Assembly: GCF_030246845.1 (NCBI RefSeq)
Contig: NZ_CP126889.1
Span: 2,586,995 to 2,650,994 of the forward strand
Direction of reading: 5' to 3'
Length of the DNA: 64,000 nucleotides
Origin: Enhydrobacter sp.
GTDB lineage: Bacteria > Pseudomonadota > Alphaproteobacteria > Reyranellales > Reyranellaceae
Part shown: piece by piece, positions 41,118 through 51,948 of the stretch
How the letters are laid out: each line of letters begins with the position of its first letter
Numbering within the stretch: position 1 is the first letter of the stretch
Made by a program: the position numbers and the translations under genes
The notes under the pieces: model-generated
Seen by the model: only the letters and a program-made list of their open reading frames with translations
Database searches by the model: none
Told to the model about the DNA's origin: nothing

Positions 41118-41876
41118 TCAGATGATGTACCCGCCGCCGGCGGCATCGAGCATGGCGCCGGTGATGAAGGAAGCTTCATCCGAAAGAAGCCACAGGATCG
41201 CCTCGGCAATTTCGTGCGTTTCGCCGACGCGCCGCATCGGGATCGAGGCCTCGATGCCCGAGCGGAAGGCCTTGTCGCTCAATCGGCCCTCGGTCATCTC
41301 GCTCAGCACCATGCCGGGCCGGATCGAATTCACGCGAACGCCCTCGGAGGCGACCTCTCGCGCGAAGCCTTTGGTGAAGGCGTCGACGGCGCCCTTGGTG
41401 GCGGCGTAGGCGGACGAGCCGGACCGCCCGCCCAGCGTCGCTGCCATCGACGAGACGTTGACGATCGCACCGCCCTTGCCGCCACGGCGGGTCGACATGC
41501 GGCGGCCGGCTTCCCGGCAGCACAGCATCAGGCCGACGACATTCACCGCGAAGACCTCGGCAAGGGCCGCCGCGTCGTAGTCCTCGACGCGCCCGCGCCG
41601 ACCGTTGATACCGGCGCTGTTCACGAGGTGGGTGATGGGGCCCAGTGATTTCTCGGTCTCGTCGAACAGCCGCACGATCTCCGCTTCGCGCGCCATGTCG
41701 GCCGGGATGGCGATGGCCTCGCCGCCTCCGGCCTCGATCTCGGCCACGATGGCCTTCGCCTGCGCCTCCCGCGAGCGGTAGTTGATCGCGATCCGGTAGC
41801 CCCGCGCCGCCGCGCGGCGAGCGGTCTCGGCGCCGATGCCCGAGGCGCCGCCGGTGATCAGGAGAGTTCTTGCCAT
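41118..41876 (-). CDS. Short-chain dehydrogenase/reductase
   Basis: TGGASGIG, LVNSAG and YAATK motifs. Confidence 0.92.
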   Translation of the reverse strand: MARTLLITGGASGIGAETARRAAARGYRIAINYRSREAQAKAIVAEIEAGGGEAIAIPADMAREAEIVRLFDETEKSLGPITHLVNSAGINGRRGRVEDYDAAALAEVFAVNVVGLMLCCREAGRRMSTRRGGKGGAIVNVSSMAATLGGRSGSSAYAATKGAVDAFTKGFAREVASEGVRVNSIRPGMVLSEMTEGRLSDKAFRSGIEASIPMRRVGETHEIAEAILWLLSDEASFITGAMLDAAGGGYII

Positions 41877-41918
41877 GGAACGGATGATATACTCGCGAAT
41901 GCCCAGGGAGGACCATCG

Positions 41919-43016
41919 ATGAAGGCTGCCATTCTGTTCGAGCCCAATACGCCGCTCCAGGTCGTCGACTGCGAGCTCGATCCGCCCAAGGCGAACGAGG
42001 TGCGTGTGAAGATGAAGGCCTCCGGCGTCTGCCAGAGCGACTGGCACGTCATGAACGGCGACTGGCCCTCGCCGATGCCGATCGTGCCGGGCCACGAAGC
42101 GGCTGGCGAGATCGCCGAATGCGGACCGGGCGTCACCACGGTGAAGCCGGGCGACCACGTCATCTTCTCCTTCCGCCCGCATTGCGGCCGCTGCCGGTAC
42201 TGCACGCAGGGACGCACCGTCCTCTGTATCGGCCGGTCGGGTGCGCCGCCGGGCGCGCTCTACGACGGGACCCTGCGGCTGAAGCACAGGGGCCAGGGCA
42301 TCAACCAGATGGCGCGCATCGGCACCTTCGCCGAGGAGGTTGTCGTCCCCGAGGAGATGGTGGTGCCGATCCGCAAGGACATGCCGTGGCCGCAGGCGGC
42401 GCTGGTCGGCTGCTGCGTCGCCACCGGCGTCGGTGCCGTCACACGGCATGCGAAGATCGAGGCGGGGTCGTCGGTGCTGGTGATCGGCTGCGGGGGCGTG
42501 GGCCTCAACGCCATCCAGGGCGCGATGCTTTCGGGCGCCCGCATCATCGTTGCCGCCGACATCCTCGACAACAAGCTCGAGATGGCGAAGACCTTCGGTG
42601 CCACCCACACCATCAACACGGCCAAGGACAACGATCCGGTGAAGAAGGTCAAGGAGATCGCGGGCCTCGGCGTCGACTATTCCTTCGATGCGGTTTCCAA
42701 CGACAAGACGCAGGCGCTGGCCTTCGACGCCCTGGCGCCCGGCGGCCATGCCGTCGCCGTCGGCATTTCGGCCGCCTCCATCAAGGCGCAATACTCGCCC
42801 TTCATGATGGTCTTCACCGAGAAGACGGTCAGCGGCACGTTCTATGGCTCGGTGCGGCCCAACGTCGACTTCCCGGTGCTGGTCGATCACTACATGAACC
42901 GCAAGCTCAACATCGACGGCCTGATCAGCCGCACGTACAAGCTCGGCGAGATCAACGAGGGCTTCAAGCGCATGATGGCCGGCGAGGTGGCGCGCGGCGT
43001 CGTGGTGTTCGAGTGA
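41919..43016 (+). CDS. Zn-dependent alcohol dehydrogenase (class III-like MDR)
   Basis: GVCQSD, GHEAAG, CGRCRYC and GCGGVG motifs. Confidence 0.9.
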   Translation: MKAAILFEPNTPLQVVDCELDPPKANEVRVKMKASGVCQSDWHVMNGDWPSPMPIVPGHEAAGEIAECGPGVTTVKPGDHVIFSFRPHCGRCRYCTQGRTVLCIGRSGAPPGALYDGTLRLKHRGQGINQMARIGTFAEEVVVPEEMVVPIRKDMPWPQAALVGCCVATGVGAVTRHAKIEAGSSVLVIGCGGVGLNAIQGAMLSGARIIVAADILDNKLEMAKTFGATHTINTAKDNDPVKKVKEIAGLGVDYSFDAVSNDKTQALAFDALAPGGHAVAVGISAASIKAQYSPFMMVFTEKTVSGTFYGSVRPNVDFPVLVDHYMNRKLNIDGLISRTYKLGEINEGFKRMMAGEVARGVVVFE

Positions 43017-43132
43017 GTTGTCCCGCGCCGATATTTGAATCGCCTTGCGGGACTCTGCGCGCCGGTTTAAACCCAGCGCATCTTGGCGCCCATGTCAGGC
43101 GGACGCCTCTGTCGAAGTTTATCCAATAATAA

Positions 43133-44188
<1,056 letters not shown>

Positions 44189-44231
44189 GACACCGCGCGC
44201 CGCGGCCCGCTTGGAGTAGAATGGGTCGGAC

Positions 44232-45104
44232 ATGGCGATTCGCGACGATTTCGAGGTAGCGACCCAGCAACTGCGCACGGTCCTGCAGCGCTTTGCGCTC
44301 GTGCTGCTGGTGGTCGCGGCCTTCGTCGCCATGTTGATCGGCAAGGCCGATTCCGTGCTAGTCGAGAAAGCGCGCGTGCTGGCGCTCGATCTGGCCAGTC
44401 CGGCGCTCGAGGCCATCGCCCGGCCGGTCGCCGCTGCCAACCGCGCCATCGCCGACCTCAAGGAGTTCGCCTCCCTGCGCGAGGAGAATGCGCGCCTGCG
44501 CGAGGAGAACAGCCGCCTGCTCGCCTGGCAGACCGCCGCGCGCCGGCTGGAGAACGAGAACGCACGGCTGCGCGAGCTGGCCCATTTCCGCGAGGGGCCG
44601 GAGGCCGCCTACATCACCGCGCGCGTGGTCGGCGACAGCGTCAGCGCCTATGTGCGCGGCGCCCTGCTGAATGTCGGCCGCAAGGCCGGCGTGACGCCGG
44701 GCCAGGCCGTCCTGACGGGCGAGGGGCTGGCCGGCCGCATCGCCGAGGTCGGCGAGAACAGCGCGCGCGTGCTGTTCGTGACCGACGTCAATTCGCGGCT
44801 GCCCGTCCAGGTCGAGCGTACGCGCGAGCGCGCCATTCTCGCCGGCAACAATTCGGCGTTGCTGCGACTCACCCTCCTGCAGGGCATGGCGGGCGTTCAG
44901 CCGGGCGACCGCATCGTCACTTCCGGCAGCGGCGGCAGCTTCCCGATCGGCATTCCCGTCGGCGAGGTGGTGCGCGGCGGCAAGGAGGGCAGCATCCGAG
45001 TCCGGCCGTTCGCCGACTTCTCGCGGATGGAATTCGTGCGGGTCGTCGACTACGGCATCACCGGCCTGGTCGATACGGGCGCCACGGCGTCCGACAGGCA
45101 TTGA
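44232..45104 (+). CDS. mreC: Rod shape-determining protein MreC
   Basis: TM helix, coiled coil (LREEN repeats), GD.IVTSG..G.FP.GIPVG; operon position. Confidence 0.93.
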   Translation: MAIRDDFEVATQQLRTVLQRFALVLLVVAAFVAMLIGKADSVLVEKARVLALDLASPALEAIARPVAAANRAIADLKEFASLREENARLREENSRLLAWQTAARRLENENARLRELAHFREGPEAAYITARVVGDSVSAYVRGALLNVGRKAGVTPGQAVLTGEGLAGRIAEVGENSARVLFVTDVNSRLPVQVERTRERAILAGNNSALLRLTLLQGMAGVQPGDRIVTSGSGGSFPIGIPVGEVVRGGKEGSIRVRPFADFSRMEFVRVVDYGITGLVDTGATASDRH

Positions 45105-45105
45105 G

Positions 45106-45678
45106 ATGCGGGCCGACGGGGTCCTCGCCAGGCTCGATCGGGTGGGGCGGCTCGCGCTGCCCGGCACGGTGCTGCTCTTCTTCGTGATCCTCACCCTGGC
45201 GCCGCTGCGCGTTCCCTATCTCTCCGACACCCTGCCGCTGCTGCCGGCGTTGGTGGTGTTCCAGTTCAGCCTCGCCACGCCCGAACGCCTGCCGGGGCCG
45301 CTGCTCCTGGCGATGGGCGTGCTGCTGGATCTGCTGCTGGGCGGGCCGGGCGCGCCGGTCGGGGTGAGCGCGCTGGGGTTCGTGCTGATCCGCGCCGCCG
45401 TGGTCGCCAATCGCCGCTATCTGGTCGGCGTGCCGTTCCTGTTCCAGTGGATCGGCTTCTGCATCCTTTGCTGGCTCTTCATGGTGCTGGTGTGGGGCTT
45501 CACGGCCCTCTGGACCTGGACGCCGATCGATCCGGTGCCGGCCATGGCGCAGTATGCCGTGGTGATCGTGATCTATCCGCTGCTCGCGCCGTTGATTGCC
45601 CGTGTGCGGCCGCGCGACCCGCTCAACGTGCCCGAGCTGTCGCGCGGCACCGCCGAGCCGGGGGAGACCGCGACGTGA
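45106..45678 (+). CDS. mreD: Rod shape-determining protein MreD
   Basis: Hydrophobic multi-TM protein between mreC and mrdA. Confidence 0.82.
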   Translation: MRADGVLARLDRVGRLALPGTVLLFFVILTLAPLRVPYLSDTLPLLPALVVFQFSLATPERLPGPLLLAMGVLLDLLLGGPGAPVGVSALGFVLIRAAVVANRRYLVGVPFLFQWIGFCILCWLFMVLVWGFTALWTWTPIDPVPAMAQYAVVIVIYPLLAPLIARVRPRDPLNVPELSRGTAEPGETAT

Positions 45679-47612
45679 TCCGCTTCCGCAAGGACGACGG
45701 CGCGCGGGCGGGCCTCTTCACGCGCCGCGCCCTGCTGCTGGGCGGCGCGCAGCTCACGCTGATGTCGGCGCTGGCGGGCCGCCTCTATCAGCTCCAGATC
45801 CTCGAAAGCGAGCGCTTCTCCACGCTCGCCGAGGAGAACCGGGTCAACGTCCGGCTGCTCGCGCCGACGCGCGGCCTGATCTTCGATCGCACCGGCGAGC
45901 CGCTCGCCGTCAACCGCAACAACTTCCGCGCCATGCTGGCCTCCGACCGCGACCGCGGCCGCAGCGCCGAGATCGTGCTCGGCCGGCTCGATCAGATCCT
46001 CGACATCGGCGAGGCCGAGCGCACCCGCCTGCTGCGCGAGCTTCGCCGCAGCCGCAACTTCCAGCCCGTGGTGGTGCGCGAGAATCTCGACTGGGAACAG
46101 GTGTCGCGGATCGAGTTCAACGCGCCTGATCTGCCCGGCGTGTTCATCGATATCGGCCAGACGCGCGACTATCCGCAGGGCGAGCTCATGAGCCATATCG
46201 TGGGCTACACGGGCCGCGTCTCGGAGGAGGATCTCGCCGGTCGCGACGATCCCCTGCTGCAGCTCCCCACGATACGCTTCGGCAAGAAAGGGGTGGAGCG
46301 GGCGCTCGAGGACGACCTGCGCGGTCATGCCGGTGCGGTGCAGGTCGAGGTCAACGCCGTCGGCCGCATCGTGCGCGAGCTCGATCGCACCGAAGGGCAG
46401 CCCGGCGACAATGTGCTGCTGACGGTCGATGTCGAGCTGCAGCGCTTTGCCGCCGACCGCCTGCGCGCCCAGCAGGCCAACGCCGAGCACAAGAGCGGCT
46501 CGCTGGTCGTGATGGATATCGTCACCGGCGACATCCTCGCCATGGTCTCCGAGCCGGGCTTCGATCCCAATGTCTTCGCCCGCGGCATCACGCCGGCCGA
46601 ATGGCGCGATCTGCTGGAGGATCCGGCCCATCCGCTCAACAACAAGGCGATCGCCGGCGTCTATCCGCCGGGCTCGACCTACAAGGTCGCGGTCGCACTC
46701 GCCGCGCTCGAGTCGGGAGCCATCGACGGCGGGACCATCCTCAACTGTCCCGGCTTCATCGAGCTCGGCAACATCAAGTTCCATTGCTGGTGGAAGGGCG
46801 GCCACGGCGGACTCAACGTGGTCGGTGGAATTTCCAATTCCTGCGACTGCTTCTTCTACCAGGCGGCGCAGCGCACCGGTGTCGACAAGATCGACGAGAT
46901 GGCGACGAAGCTGGGCTTCGGCCAGGTGAGCACGCTCGGCCTGCCGGGCGAGGCGGCGGGCAACCAGCCGTCGCGCGCCTGGAAGCAGGACAAATACAAC
47001 GTGCCCTGGCAGCCGGGCGACACCTTCAATCTCGGCATCGGCCAGGGCTACATGACGGCCACACCGCTGCAGCTTGCCATCATGACGTCGCGCATCGCCA
47101 ACGGCGGCTACGACGTGCAGCCGAACCTCCTGCTCGCCAAGGCGGCGCCGCGCCAGGAGCTGGCGCCGCCCACGCCGCAGCTCAAGGTTTCGGCCTCCTC
47201 GCTGCGCATCGATCGCAGGCATCTCGCCCTGGTGCACGAGGGCATGAACCAGGTGGTGAACTCGCCCACCGGCACGGCAGCCCAGCTCCGCCTCGATGCC
47301 GAGAACAAGCCGATCGATCCCGCCTTCCACTTCGCCGGCAAGACCGGCACCGCGCAGGTCAAGCGCATCACCGAGCGTGAGCGCGCCATGGGCATCACGC
47401 AGGAGCAGCTTCCCTGGCACCTGCGCCACCACGCGCTGTTCGTCTGCTTCGGTCCGGTCGACAATCCGCGCTATGCCTGCGCCGTCGTGGTCGAGCACGG
47501 CATGGCGGGCGGCGCGACCGCCGGCCCGATCGGCCGCGACGTCCTGCTCGAGACCATGAAGCGCGATCCGTCGCGCCGGCTCGACCGCTTCCGCAAGACG
47601 GCCTCGCTATGA
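45675..47612 (+). CDS. mrdA: Penicillin-binding protein 2
   Basis: YPPGSTYK (SxxK), SCD and AGKTGTAQ motifs; GTGA overlap with mreD. Confidence 0.95.
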   Translation: MIRFRKDDGARAGLFTRRALLLGGAQLTLMSALAGRLYQLQILESERFSTLAEENRVNVRLLAPTRGLIFDRTGEPLAVNRNNFRAMLASDRDRGRSAEIVLGRLDQILDIGEAERTRLLRELRRSRNFQPVVVRENLDWEQVSRIEFNAPDLPGVFIDIGQTRDYPQGELMSHIVGYTGRVSEEDLAGRDDPLLQLPTIRFGKKGVERALEDDLRGHAGAVQVEVNAVGRIVRELDRTEGQPGDNVLLTVDVELQRFAADRLRAQQANAEHKSGSLVVMDIVTGDILAMVSEPGFDPNVFARGITPAEWRDLLEDPAHPLNNKAIAGVYPPGSTYKVAVALAALESGAIDGGTILNCPGFIELGNIKFHCWWKGGHGGLNVVGGISNSCDCFFYQAAQRTGVDKIDEMATKLGFGQVSTLGLPGEAAGNQPSRAWKQDKYNVPWQPGDTFNLGIGQGYMTATPLQLAIMTSRIANGGYDVQPNLLLAKAAPRQELAPPTPQLKVSASSLRIDRRHLALVHEGMNQVVNSPTGTAAQLRLDAENKPIDPAFHFAGKTGTAQVKRITERERAMGITQEQLPWHLRHHALFVCFGPVDNPRYACAVVVEHGMAGGATAGPIGRDVLLETMKRDPSRRLDRFRKTASL

Positions 47613-48745
47613 CCTCGCTCTCGCTCGGCGCGCCCGCGCCCATCGGCTTCGGCGAGAAGCTCTGGCGCATCAACTGGGGGCTGGTCCTGGTCCTCAGCCT
47701 GATCGCCGGCATCGGCGTGGTGGCGCTCTACTCGGCGGCCGGCGGGCATTTCGAGCCGTGGGCGGCCAAGCATGCCATCCGCTACGGCGTCGCCCTCGCG
47801 CTGATGCTGGTGGTGGCGCTGGTGCATCCGAAGGTCTGGCTGTCGCTCGCCTGGCCGCTCTATATCGCCTCGCTGCTGCTGCTGGTCGCGGTCGACGTCG
47901 CCGGCAAGATCGGCATGGGCGCCCAGCGCTGGCTGGTGATCGGGCCGCTGCAGGTGCAGCCGTCGGAGATCACCAAGGTCGCGGTGATCCTGGTCCTGGC
48001 GCGCTACTATCACGGCCTCAGCCGCGAACAGGCCGGCCGCCTGGTCTACACGCTGGCGCCGGTCGTCGTGATCCTGGCGCCGGTCGGGCTGGTGATGGTG
48101 CAGCCCGATCTCGGCACGGCCATGATGGTGATGCTTGGCGGGGCGGCGCTGCTGTTCGTAGCCGGGGTGCGGCTCTGGATGTTCCTCGCCGCCGCCGTCT
48201 GCGCGGTCGGCTGCCTGCCGATCGCCTGGACCTTCATGCACGAATACCAGCGCAAGCGGGTGCTGACCTTCCTCGACCCCGACCGCGATCCGCTGGGCGC
48301 GGGCTATCACATCACCCAGTCGAAGATCGCGATCGGTTCGGGCGGCCTGTTCGGCAAAGGCTTCCTGCACGGCACGCAATCCTCGCTCAACTTCCTGCCC
48401 GAGAAGCAGACCGACTTCATCTTCACGACCTTCGTCGAGGAATGGGGCATGGTCGGCGCCTGCGTGCTGCTGGCGCTGTTCGCCCTGGTGCTGATCTGGG
48501 GCTTCTCGATCGCGCTGCGCAGCCAGCATCACTTCGGCCGCCTGGTGGCGCTCGGCGTGACCGCGATGATGTTCCTCTACGTCTTCATCAACACCGCCAT
48601 GGTGATGGGGCTCCTGCCGGTGGTCGGCGTGCCGCTGCCGCTGGTGAGCAACGGCGGCACGGCCATGGTCTCGGTCATGTTCGCCTGCGGCCTGCTGATC
48701 GGGGTGAATGTCTACCGCGATGCGCAGTTGCCGCTGGCGCGGTGA
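47609..48745 (+). CDS. rodA: SEDS peptidoglycan polymerase RodA
   Basis: GAQRW, QPSEITK, QPDLGTA, LPEKQTDFIF and GVPLPLVSNGG motifs. Confidence 0.95.
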   Translation: MTSLSLGAPAPIGFGEKLWRINWGLVLVLSLIAGIGVVALYSAAGGHFEPWAAKHAIRYGVALALMLVVALVHPKVWLSLAWPLYIASLLLLVAVDVAGKIGMGAQRWLVIGPLQVQPSEITKVAVILVLARYYHGLSREQAGRLVYTLAPVVVILAPVGLVMVQPDLGTAMMVMLGGAALLFVAGVRLWMFLAAAVCAVGCLPIAWTFMHEYQRKRVLTFLDPDRDPLGAGYHITQSKIAIGSGGLFGKGFLHGTQSSLNFLPEKQTDFIFTTFVEEWGMVGACVLLALFALVLIWGFSIALRSQHHFGRLVALGVTAMMFLYVFINTAMVMGLLPVVGVPLPLVSNGGTAMVSVMFACGLLIGVNVYRDAQLPLAR

Positions 48746-48785
48746 AATCGCCGCAGATTCGCCGAAATTCCCCGGCCCGGGGCTA

Positions 48786-48814
48786 TCGACAAGCCGGAAC
48801 CGCCTTGCTATAGC
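48786..48814 (+). promoter_or_regulatory. Putative tRNA promoter
   Basis: TCGACA, 17 nt, TATAGC. Confidence 0.5.
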
Positions 48815-48845
48815 CCGCCCGCTTGCGGCAATGGCCCGAACGAAC

Positions 48846-48921
<76 letters not shown>

Positions 48922-48937
48922 TTGCCGGACAGAGCAA

Positions 48938-48962
48938 AGGCCCCGCTGTGCGGGGCTTCTTG
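48938..48962 (+). terminator. Intrinsic terminator after the tRNA
   Basis: AGGCCCCGC-TGT-GCGGGGCTT followed by CTTG. Confidence 0.6.
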
Positions 48963-49051
48963 CTGTCTGATGGGTATGTCACCAATGATGACGAGGCAGG
49001 GGAGACGGACGGTCGGGCTCACCCGCGGCGACAGCCAGAGGCGAAAGAAGA

Positions 49052-49459
49052 ATGACTGACATTCCGGATGGCTACCAGCCGCTCTTGGAGACGGAGGGAT
49101 TCATCGGTCTGTCGGGGCCGTTCTTCTGGCGTCGTGACGAGGAAGGGCATTTCGTCTACGGCTTTCGCAGCGACGCCCGCCATGGCAATCCCAACGGCGT
49201 GCTTCACGGGGCCGCTATCATAACGCTCGTCGACACGATCCTCGGCCATGCCGTTGTCTGCGCCACGGGCCGACAGTGCGCCACGGTTGCGCTCACGTCG
49301 CAGTTCGTCGCCGGCGTTCCGACCGGAGGATGGGTATCGGGCCGGGCGGAGATCCGCAAGCTGACGAGGTCGCCGGCCTTTCTCGATGCCGAAGCGTGCG
49401 CCGGCGACACGCTGCTTCTGACGGCGACCGGCATATTCCGGGTGTTCGAGCCGCAATAG
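49052..49459 (+). CDS. PaaI/hotdog-fold thioesterase
   Basis: HGNPNGVLHGAAI..LVD motif. Confidence 0.85.
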   Translation: MTDIPDGYQPLLETEGFIGLSGPFFWRRDEEGHFVYGFRSDARHGNPNGVLHGAAIITLVDTILGHAVVCATGRQCATVALTSQFVAGVPTGGWVSGRAEIRKLTRSPAFLDAEACAGDTLLLTATGIFRVFEPQ

Positions 49460-49484
49460 GCCGGCCGCACGCAACGCTCCGGCC

Positions 49485-49853
49485 TCAGCCGAATGCCCGG
49501 GTGTAGGTCGCCATGTCGAAATAGTCGCGCCACACGTTGATCTTTCCGTCCCGCATCTCGAATACGCCGGTGCAGGGAAGCTCCACGCGGCGGTCGCCGA
49601 TCCGGGTCCTGTCGACGCGCTCGGCGACGACGATATCGTCGTGCGACAGGAGACTGACGATTTCCCATGCCGTCTCCGACCAGCCCGAGACGAACCGATC
49701 GATGTAGGGCAGCAGTTTTTCTCGGCCGGTCACCGGCGGCAGCATCATGTTGTGATAGGTGCCGTCGTCCGTGAAGAAGGTGACGAGTTCCTTTGCGTCC
49801 AGCCGCGACCATGCGGCGATGAATGAACGAACGGCCGCCTCGTTCTTCGACAT
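49485..49853 (-). CDS. Limonene-1,2-epoxide hydrolase / SnoaL-like protein
   Basis: FFTDDGTYHN, VAERVD and GVFE.RDGKI..WRDYFD motifs. Confidence 0.85.
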   Translation of the reverse strand: MSKNEAAVRSFIAAWSRLDAKELVTFFTDDGTYHNMMLPPVTGREKLLPYIDRFVSGWSETAWEIVSLLSHDDIVVAERVDRTRIGDRRVELPCTGVFEMRDGKINVWRDYFDMATYTRAFG

Positions 49854-50025
49854 GGCGATGCTCTCCGTAGCGAGTCCTCTCCCGACGCCGGCCGGTGGAT
49901 CGGTGCCGTCATTGGTTCGGGCCCACGCGAAGAAGATTGGGCGAATGCCGCCGGCTTGTCCCGATCCGAGCGACCACGGATGGCGTTCCGAGCGCCGATT
50001 GCGCCCGAACGCGGTCGCCCTCCGG

Positions 50026-50535
50026 TCACGCCGTAGAGATGGCGCCGAGGCGCTGGAAGTAGAGCAGGTCGAGTTCGGGCGCGGGCTTGCCGAGCGCCGT
50101 CAGGATCGTGTGGGCCTGGCCGCGATGATGGGTCTGGTGGTTGAACCAGTGGTCGAGTGCGGGCATCAGCGGCTGGACGAATTCCTCCGGCGTGGAGACG
50201 CGACGGTAGCGGATGACGCCGGCGAGCCGCGCCTCGTCGAGGCTCTCGACGTAGGCGACGATCCGGCGGTCCTCGTCCTCGCGCGCCTGCCGCAATTCAT
50301 CGAAGCGATCGTGCAGGATGGCGTCGAGCCGTTGCGGCGCATCGCCTTCGCCGGTGAAGCGATGCAGCCAGATGCGGTCGGTCGCCAGCAGGTGGTTGAG
50401 CGTGCCGTGCATCGACCTGAAGAAGGCGCCCTTGTCGGCGCGGTACTCGCGGTCGGAAAGTGTCGCGGCGGCGTCGTAGAGCCGCCGGTTGGCCCACGCA
50501 TTGTAGGCCGCGAACCGGAGATAGTGCGCTCTCAT
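50026..50535 (-). CDS. DinB family protein
   Basis: YNAWANRRL, SMHGTLNH and HWFNHQTHHRGQ motifs. Confidence 0.9.
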   Translation of the reverse strand: MRAHYLRFAAYNAWANRRLYDAAATLSDREYRADKGAFFRSMHGTLNHLLATDRIWLHRFTGEGDAPQRLDAILHDRFDELRQAREDEDRRIVAYVESLDEARLAGVIRYRRVSTPEEFVQPLMPALDHWFNHQTHHRGQAHTILTALGKPAPELDLLYFQRLGAISTA

Positions 50536-50586
50536 GCGCGTATCCTGCGGCCGCCGGGGTCCGCTGCTCAAGATTGATCGAGCCGG

Positions 50587-51807
50587 TCAATCGAATTTTT
50601 GGCCGATCTTCAAGGGCACCACCGCCGCGAAGCCCAGCATGCCCGCGGCCAGCGCGAACGCGATCGCCCATCGATGGTCTCCCGAGAGATCGACGATCGC
50701 GCCGGCCAGGGGCGGCCCGATGACCGCGGCGATGCCCGAGGCGGTGAAGAAGGCGCCGAGCACCGCACCCAGATCCCGCGTCCCGAAGGCCTCGATCAGC
50801 ACGCCCGGCATCAGGGCGATACGGACTCCGTAGGCCAGGCCCAGAACGACGGTGAATCCGACCAGCGACGCGTAGGACGTCGCCGCGAGCCACCAGCCAT
50901 AGCTCGCGGCCATGGCGAAGACCGAGATCTTGAAGAGGGTCACGATGCCGATCCTGCTGCCCAGGGCGCCGATGCCGACGCGGCCGAGAATGCTTACGCC
51001 GCCGAACAGCGAGAGCAGCGCCGAGGCCGCCACCGGGCCGACGCCGCGCTCGAGCGCGAATGCCGGCAGGTACACGAAGGGCACGAACAGCGCCGTGGTG
51101 GCGAGCACCCACGAGACGTAGAGCAGGACGAACGCGCGCGAGCGGACCGTCCGACCCAAGGGGCGGTGTTCCTCCGCCCCTGCCAGCGGCGGCGACGCCA
51201 CCACGGCGGCGCAGATGGCGAGCAGGCCGGCGCTACCGACACCCAAGACCATGAAGGCGGTGCGCCAGCCGAAGGCGGCGATCAGGGCGGCGGCGGCCAG
51301 CGGCACGATCAGCATGCCGCATCCCGTTCCGGCGGCGGCAAGACCGAGCGCGGTGGTGCGGTGCCTGGCGAACCATCCGCCGACCAGCGCGAGAGTAGGC
51401 ACGTAGACGCAGGCCGCGCCGAGGCCGACTCCGAGACCATAGACGAGGTAGCCGATCCACAGCTGCTGCAGGAGGCTGGCAAGCACCAGACTCGCGCCCA
51501 TCAGGGCGGCGCCCGTGCCGACCACGGGGGCCGGGCCGAATCGATCGCTCAGACGGCCGGTGAGCGATCCGGAGAGGTAGAAGACGAGGCCGGTGATCGA
51601 GAACAGGACCGAGGTGGCTGCGTGGCTCACCTGGAATTCCGCCGCAATGGGCTCGAGAAAGACGCCGAAACTGTAGGTGACGCCGAAAACCACGAAGCCC
51701 GCCACGAAGGCTGCCGCCACGATCAGCCAGGCGCGCACCGAGTCGGGTTTTCCCGTGGCGCGGGGGAGGGCCGGCTTGCGTCGGGCGGCGAATTCGGCTG
51801 GTTTCAC
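50587..51807 (-). CDS. MFS transporter (MCT/OFA-like)
   Basis: About 12 TM segments, GRLSDRFG and GWFARHR..ALG motifs; start uncertain. Confidence 0.85.
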   Translation of the reverse strand: MKPAEFAARRKPALPRATGKPDSVRAWLIVAAAFVAGFVVFGVTYSFGVFLEPIAAEFQVSHAATSVLFSITGLVFYLSGSLTGRLSDRFGPAPVVGTGAALMGASLVLASLLQQLWIGYLVYGLGVGLGAACVYVPTLALVGGWFARHRTTALGLAAAGTGCGMLIVPLAAAALIAAFGWRTAFMVLGVGSAGLLAICAAVVASPPLAGAEEHRPLGRTVRSRAFVLLYVSWVLATTALFVPFVYLPAFALERGVGPVAASALLSLFGGVSILGRVGIGALGSRIGIVTLFKISVFAMAASYGWWLAATSYASLVGFTVVLGLAYGVRIALMPGVLIEAFGTRDLGAVLGAFFTASGIAAVIGPPLAGAIVDLSGDHRWAIAFALAAGMLGFAAVVPLKIGQKFD

Positions 51808-51948
51808 GGCGTGCGCGTCTTCCGGTTGAACGGGCGACGGACATTCCTTCGCCGACCGCAAGGTGATGGCGCGCCGACATGCCCGCTATCCGGTTTCGTC
51901 CGTCATATTCGGTGGCGGCCGAATGCCGGGGTTCGGGTGGAGGACGCC

